From positions 64,001 to 128,000 of the forward strand of contig OY820579.1 in the NCBI GenBank assembly GCA_963681965.1: 64,000 nt of DNA. Reading direction: 5' to 3'. The translations under genes were made by a program, and so were the position numbers. Position 1 is the stretch's first letter. Each line of letters begins with the position of its first letter. This document shows positions 59,001 to 64,000 of this stretch, piece by piece. This DNA is from a bacterium. GTDB taxonomy: Bacteria > Electryoneota > JAOADG01. Below the pieces are notes generated by a model. The model was given only the letters and a program-made list of their open reading frames with translations, did not search any database and was not told where the DNA came from.

Positions 59001-62000
59001 GTATACCAATATTCGTACAACCAGCCTGTGACTTACGCCGGAACAAACAATTACAATCATTATCTCAATTTGAAACTATCTAATGCTCGCAATGGCATCT
59101 ATGTGTTCGGCAATTCGAGTAATTACGACTACGGTACGGAAATTGGATCAACGTCGACCGATCCCTCCTTCGCTTCGCGTTTCACCGTGGGTTCAGGCGG
59201 TGTCGACGATATCGGTACATCCGGTTATCATTGTTACGGCATCTTTGCCTATTATCAGGATGGAATTCGCATTCACGATTGCGATGTCTCGAATGTCACC
59301 GCTAGCGCATCCGGCTACAACGTGTACGGTATTGCAATTTCTTATACTAGCGGAACCTGCTATCTCAACGGCAACCGGATCTACAATCTCCGTCAGACCT
59401 ATCCCTCATCGGCTACGACGGGAAATATCTACGGAATTCTGTTGAGTAATTTTGCCGAAATGCGTGTTACGAATAACATGATCTCGGGATTGAGTCACGC
59501 GCGCACTACCGAAGTTGGTTCTTTTTACATTTATGGTATCTACCAAAGTTCCGGTACAACAATCTACGTCGATAACAACTCGTTTTTACTCAATCCGACC
59601 AACGGTAATGTAACCAACGCTTGTTTGTTCTTGACTAGTGGTACTCAATATGTCCGGAACAACATTTTCGTCAACCGAACCCCGAATCAGACGACCTCGA
59701 AGCATTACGCCATCTACATGAATGGCGGTACTTTGACTTCGAATTACAATTTATTCCAGATTCCGAATCAAACGAATGGAATTGTCGGGTACAACTCATC
59801 CGATTACGCCACGCTCGATGCATGGCAGCAAAATACCGGTCGCGATTATAATTCGCTTCAAGGCGAACCACGGTTCCGCGATGAAGCAAATAACAATCTT
59901 CGCATCACTCCAAACGTTTATACTCCGATCAATAATTCGGGTACTCCCGTGGCAACGGTTTTGACCGACGCTTTCGGTACGACTCGCAACGCAACGACTC
60001 CCGATATCGGCGCGGAAGAAGGCAACTTTGTCGCTGCCACCCCGTTGACCGGGATCAAGACAATCGGTGGAACTACCCCGGATTACCCGACCTTTACCGC
60101 TGCATTATCCGATCTGCAATTGCTGGGTGTCGGTACCGGCGGTGTGATATTCCTCGTTCGACCGGGTGTTTACACCGAACAGTTAGTGGTATTGCCGATC
60201 AACAATACTTCATCAACCAATCCGGTGATTTTCCAGCGCGACACTGGTCCAGTCACATTGACTTGCACTGGAACAGTGGCATCGAACGATTATATCGTCA
60301 AATTGATGGGTTGCCGTTGGGTTACATTCGACGGAATCAATGTCACTGACGCAGGAACTTCCACTTCGAATTATGTGGAGTATGGTTACTATGTAACGAA
60401 TTTATCCGGTGCGTCAGGTGCACAGAATAACACAATCAAAAATGCGACGATTATACTGAACCGCGTCAATACCGGTTCCATCGGCGTCATGCAAGATTAC
60501 AGTTTGACTCCGGTTGCGCAAACGGGCGCAAACAACAGCAATCATTATTTGAATCTCAAGATCTCAAATGTCCGCTATGGTATTTATCTCCGGGGTAGCA
60601 GTAATTACCGCGACCAGAGCGTCGAAATCGGTTCGACTTCGACAATGATCGGGGATACTACTCGTTTGACAATCGGTTCGGGAGGGGTCGACGATCTCAG
60701 TGGCAGTGGCTCTATATACGGCATTTACATGACTTATCAGGAAGCCGTGCGGGTCCACGATTGCGATATTAGCAACCTGACAACAACTTCTACCTCCAGC
60801 GGGGTGTTTGGTATCTATACCAGTTATTTGTATGGGGTCAACGAAATCAGTGCGAACCGCATTTATAATCTCAAGAACGGTTCCGGCGATATCTCCGCCA
60901 GTGGCAGTTTGTACGGCGCTTTTCTGTATGCTGTTACAGGTACTGGAAACGAAATCCGATTCTATAACAATACAATATCAGGTTTCACTCATTCGCGAAC
61001 TACTGAAGTCAATACAATATACACTTCCGGTGTCTATGCCTCGAATGGTTTTTGCTACATCGATAACAATAGTATCGCGATTACACCGTCGATGATTTCG
61101 AACTCTTCGACCGGTATTTACATTGTCGGCGCTACCACCACGATCCGGAACAATATTATCACCAATGTCACCGGTACTCAGACGACCGCGAAACATTACG
61201 GTATTGTTTATAACAGCGGTTCATTTTCCAATTCGAACAATAATTTATTCCACATTCCCAATGTTCGGAACGGTTTTATCGGATATTACACCGCCGATCA
61301 ACTTACTCTCGATTCTTGGCAAGGCGCTACCGGTTACGACTATACCTCGAAAATCGGCAACCCTCTATTCTTGAATGAAAGTGCCAACGATTTACGAATT
61401 TTACCGGGTACAGCTTCTCCAGTCAACAATTCAGGTACTCCAATTGTCTGGATTACGCGCGACTTGGAAAATACTACTCGCCACGTTACCACTCCGGATA
61501 TCGGCGCTCAAGAAGGCAACTTCATTTCCAGCGCTCCGTTAACCGGAACGAAAACTATCGGGGGCACTAGTCCCGATTACGCAACATTTACCGATGCACT
61601 CACAGCATTGCAATTGTACGGTGTCGGAAGCGGTGGCGTGACGTTCAGTGTTCGACCAGGAGTTTATTCAGAACAGTTGGTCGTACTGCCGATATCGGGC
61701 ACCTCGATGAGCAACCCGGTCATTTTCCAACGGGAATCGGATGCTGTGACGGTCAGCGTTGCCGGTACATCATTGACCACTGATGCAGCAATCAAGCTAT
61801 TTGGCTGCGATTGGGTAACGTTCGACGGAATCAATGTGCAGGACGCCGGAACGAGTTCAGACAATTATCTTGAATACGGATATCAGGTCATGAATCAAAC
61901 CGGTGCGAACGGTGCGACCAACAACACGATCAAGAACGCGCGTATCGCAATGAACCGGATTTATACCGGTTCCTACGGCGTCTACCAAAATCTCTACGTC

Positions 62001-64000
62001 ACTCCTTCGCAGCAATCGGGCGCCAACAGCAGCAATCATTATCTCAATCTGAAGATCACGAATTGCCGGACAGGTATGTATTTTACCGGCAATGGATCTT
62101 ATCACGATCAATTCAACGAAATCGGTTCGACGACTAGTGTCCTAGCCGATACGAACCGGATGGTGATTGGCTGCTACGGTCCTGACGATATCGGAAGTGC
62201 TACCTCTTCTTACGGTATGTATCTGATCAATCAGGATGCGATTCGGGTTCACGATGCCGATATCTGCAATGTCGGTAGCACTTCAGTCAGTGGTGCTTCA
62301 TACGGTATCATGACATCGTCATTGTACGGCACCAGTGAAATCTTCAACAATCGGATCTACAACATCCGCAATGCATCGGGCGATGCGAATGCCAGTGGTG
62401 GTGTCTACGGAGCTGTGTTGAATGCCAGCACGACCGGCACCAACGAATTACGGTTCTACAACAATACGATCTCGGGCATCAACCATCCCCGTACGACTGA
62501 AACCACCAGTATTTATATGATGGGAATCTATGCTACCAGTGGTGTTTGCAATGTCTATAACAACAGCGTTCTGGTCAATCCGACCACAATTGGATGTTCG
62601 AATACTGTAGTTTATGTCAACGGTGCTACCCTCACACTGATGAACAATATTCTGATGAATCGCACTGCCAATCAATCGACTGCGAAGCATTACATCATTT
62701 ATTACTCGGGTGGAACATTAAGCAATTCTAACTACAACTTGATCTACTACCCGAATGTTACTAACGGTTCAATGGGATATTACACTAGCGAATTTTCAAC
62801 GCTGGATGCTTGGCAACAGTATTACGGGTACGATCCGCAATCGCGTCAAGGGAATCCATTTTTTGCGAATGAAGTAAACAACGATTTGCGCATCGTAAGC
62901 GGTGCAGCTTCTCCGGTCAACAACAACGGTTATACGACCGCCTGGATCACCCGAGACATCGAAGGTACGCTTCGCAACGCAACCAATCCGGATATCGGTG
63001 CACATGAAGGTAACTTCACTTCCTCGGCACCATTGACCGGAATCAAGACGATTGGCGGAACATCACCGGATTACGCATCATTTACCGACGCATTGAACGC
63101 GCTTCAGATTTTCGGAGTTGGCACTGGTGGCGTCACATTCAACGCTCGACCCGGTACTTATGCCGAACAGCTCACAGTTTTACCGATCACTGGTGCGTCA
63201 ACATCGAATCCAGTCATTTTCCGTCGCGAATCGGATCCGGTAACGATCGCTGTCGTCGGTGGTTCGGGAACAACCGACGCAGCCGTCAAGTTGAACGGTT
63301 GCGATTGGGTTACATTCGATGGGATCAATGTCACCGATCTCGGTACCAGTAGCTCGAACTACCTCGAGTACGGTTATTACATCGTCAATTTCGCCGGTGC
63401 AAACGGTGCAACCAACAACACGATCAAGAATGCGACGATCGTGTTAAACCGCACCAATACAAGTTCCTCGGCAATTTACCAGAACGTGGTTTTATCACCA
63501 ACTTCCACCAACGGTACTAACAGTTACAACAAGTATCTGAATTTGAAAATATCGAATACCCGCTGGGGTATCTCATTATTCGGGCACTCAACGTATCGGG
63601 ATATCGGGTGCGAAATCGGATCGATCAGCGGTAGCTTGACTGATCTCAATCGTTTGTCGATCGGTTTCGGGGGTAGTGACGATATCGGCAGCACCAGCCA
63701 GACCTACGGTATGTATATCAGCGCTCAAGAAGGAATCCGAATTCACGATTGCGATATCGGTAATTTGGTTTCTTCGAGTACTTCTTCGTCGGTAATCGGC
63801 GTGTACATGACGAACTGTTATGGCGTAAACGAAATTTCCGGGAGCCGGATTTACAACTTGAAACTCTCCGGCGTCGATGCCAACTCGACAGGCTCTCTGA
63901 TCGGAATTTATGTAAATAATAACACCACTGCCGGTATTGAAGTGCGGTGCTTCAACAATATGATCTCCAACTTCTCGCATCCTCGAACGGTGGAATTGGC
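56058..64000 (+). CDS. Giant secreted protein with ~500-aa beta-helix-like repeats (runs off the window)
   Basis: ATG 56058 begins MYNLCRKSASLVLLFVVFSVFAIQAFA (signal peptide). In-frame repeat starts PL(T/M)G(T/I)KT(V/I)GGT..DY at 57060, 58557, 60042, 61536 and 63030. The frame was spot-checked only; absence from the ORF track is consistent with no stop before the window end. Confidence 0.9.
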   Translation, partial: MYNLCRKSASLVLLFVVFSVFAIQAFATEISSRASKQNANTQFPVTIGSNNEIDVAVGIGSGVYVSRYPITEYYWFTRNQSLYTAAEIGRAGMISHLRWYPTTARSWANTGGSNQVKIYIGTTSSSSLTSQTYSTSGLTLVYQNNSYTGVSVANAWQEFDITDYYYNGTENLIVVTEINLANWSSPSTGEDYRNSGTSGIYLNQHWERDNTPPVVSGTLDTLRPNLQIEFSTSAPALPILVSPANNATNIAVTTAVNWTNGANTANVDLFFSNNQALVSAMDTTVRVLSASTATTFDPTGDLNAGVTYYWRVLARNAGGETTAGTIWQFTTASPPLTGTKTVGGTSPDYPTFTDAINALIAYGVGSSGITFSVRPGTYNERIVIPQITGASTTSHIIFQKESGTVTVAMAGTSGSSDAIVKLNAADYIELRGIDVLDLGTDDTNYNEYGFYVTNSTATNGANGNIIANSTITMHRANVNSRAIFQNYSITPTAQTGANSDNKYLDLKISNTAYGIFINSHSTYRDLNTEIGSTSSDLAYANRTVIGNGGIDDIGSINTTYGIYIGYAQRTLIHDCDIQNLFTSSPGTSVYGVTMMNTYGISELYNNRIFNLRNTSGSISATGYMYGVYANASSGAGNEIRVYNNYISGFSNPRTSEVTTVYLYGIYSSQSSGLCYIDHNAILMNPSTVGASTTCLQVSNTSYVRNNILANTTPNQFTAKHYIILTITNNPVSNYNSYYLPNLYGGYFGISASTDRLGIDDWRAYTSQDNQSTEGNPRFVDGSSGNLHIQAGVKTAINNTGTPIAWVTTDINGIIRNTGTPDIGPNEGIFVSTTPLMGTKTVGGTSADYATLVDAVEALAKYGIGTNGVTFSVRPGTYNGPITIPYLPDASDRTPANFIKESGTVTVTATGTSGNYDAILRLQGCDWVTFDGIDFVDGGSSSADYCEFGVWVGGTSGTNGATNNTIKNSTITMHRANSNANCVYQYSYNQPVTYAGTNNYNHYLNLKLSNARNGIYVFGNSSNYDYGTEIGSTSTDPSFASRFTVGSGGVDDIGTSGYHCYGIFAYYQDGIRIHDCDVSNVTASASGYNVYGIAISYTSGTCYLNGNRIYNLRQTYPSSATTGNIYGILLSNFAEMRVTNNMISGLSHARTTEVGSFYIYGIYQSSGTTIYVDNNSFLLNPTNGNVTNACLFLTSGTQYVRNNIFVNRTPNQTTSKHYAIYMNGGTLTSNYNLFQIPNQTNGIVGYNSSDYATLDAWQQNTGRDYNSLQGEPRFRDEANNNLRITPNVYTPINNSGTPVATVLTDAFGTTRNATTPDIGAEEGNFVAATPLTGIKTIGGTTPDYPTFTAALSDLQLLGVGTGGVIFLVRPGVYTEQLVVLPINNTSSTNPVIFQRDTGPVTLTCTGTVASNDYIVKLMGCRWVTFDGINVTDAGTSTSNYVEYGYYVTNLSGASGAQNNTIKNATIILNRVNTGSIGVMQDYSLTPVAQTGANNSNHYLNLKISNVRYGIYLRGSSNYRDQSVEIGSTSTMIGDTTRLTIGSGGVDDLSGSGSIYGIYMTYQEAVRVHDCDISNLTTTSTSSGVFGIYTSYLYGVNEISANRIYNLKNGSGDISASGSLYGAFLYAVTGTGNEIRFYNNTISGFTHSRTTEVNTIYTSGVYASNGFCYIDNNSIAITPSMISNSSTGIYIVGATTTIRNNIITNVTGTQTTAKHYGIVYNSGSFSNSNNNLFHIPNVRNGFIGYYTADQLTLDSWQGATGYDYTSKIGNPLFLNESANDLRILPGTASPVNNSGTPIVWITRDLENTTRHVTTPDIGAQEGNFISSAPLTGTKTIGGTSPDYATFTDALTALQLYGVGSGGVTFSVRPGVYSEQLVVLPISGTSMSNPVIFQRESDAVTVSVAGTSLTTDAAIKLFGCDWVTFDGINVQDAGTSSDNYLEYGYQVMNQTGANGATNNTIKNARIAMNRIYTGSYGVYQNLYVTPSQQSGANSSNHYLNLKITNCRTGMYFTGNGSYHDQFNEIGSTTSVLADTNRMVIGCYGPDDIGSATSSYGMYLINQDAIRVHDADICNVGSTSVSGASYGIMTSSLYGTSEIFNNRIYNIRNASGDANASGGVYGAVLNASTTGTNELRFYNNTISGINHPRTTETTSIYMMGIYATSGVCNVYNNSVLVNPTTIGCSNTVVYVNGATLTLMNNILMNRTANQSTAKHYIIYYSGGTLSNSNYNLIYYPNVTNGSMGYYTSEFSTLDAWQQYYGYDPQSRQGNPFFANEVNNDLRIVSGAASPVNNNGYTTAWITRDIEGTLRNATNPDIGAHEGNFTSSAPLTGIKTIGGTSPDYASFTDALNALQIFGVGTGGVTFNARPGTYAEQLTVLPITGASTSNPVIFRRESDPVTIAVVGGSGTTDAAVKLNGCDWVTFDGINVTDLGTSSSNYLEYGYYIVNFAGANGATNNTIKNATIVLNRTNTSSSAIYQNVVLSPTSTNGTNSYNKYLNLKISNTRWGISLFGHSTYRDIGCEIGSISGSLTDLNRLSIGFGGSDDIGSTSQTYGMYISAQEGIRIHDCDIGNLVSSSTSSSVIGVYMTNCYGVNEISGSRIYNLKLSGVDANSTGSLIGIYVNNNTTAGIEVRCFNNMISNFSHPRTVEL

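Noticed and set aside
56112-63980. Numerous short ORFs listed in the track across the last 8 kb
   Set aside because: Shadow frames of the giant + strand gene starting at 56058.

Overview
Bacterial chromosomal window. The C-terminal PNPFN-type secretion signals, lpxH-like gene and TonB domains suggest a Gram-negative FCB-group lineage; this is an inference. About 45 genes are present. There is no rRNA, tRNA, CRISPR array or transposase. The most striking locus (679-8154, minus strand) is an uncharacterised biosynthetic-looking operon. It encodes a stand-alone PqqD/RRE-like protein, an ATP-grasp ligase, a LysA-fold PLP decarboxylase, an unannotated 41-aa ORF, and a urea-transporter-fold membrane domain fused to an M23 Zn peptidase. 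It sits under an apparent cascade: sensor-less sigma54 activator -> consensus -24/-12 promoter -> ECF sigma -> ECF-type promoter. Other highlights are a modular GTAG-REP-containing ~114-bp element at 7 loci, all in one orientation; an orphan structured ncRNA candidate (11161-11297); a QueE homologue lacking its radical-SAM cysteines; btuF-like + nrdJ with NrdR-like boxes; several small ORFs missed by the ORF track; an ECF sigma that seems to need an ATC start; a 12-repeat secreted protein; and a giant (>2600 aa, open-ended) protein with ~500-aa beta-helix-like repeats that is absent from the ORF track. All family calls come from motif recognition by eye; no database searches were run.
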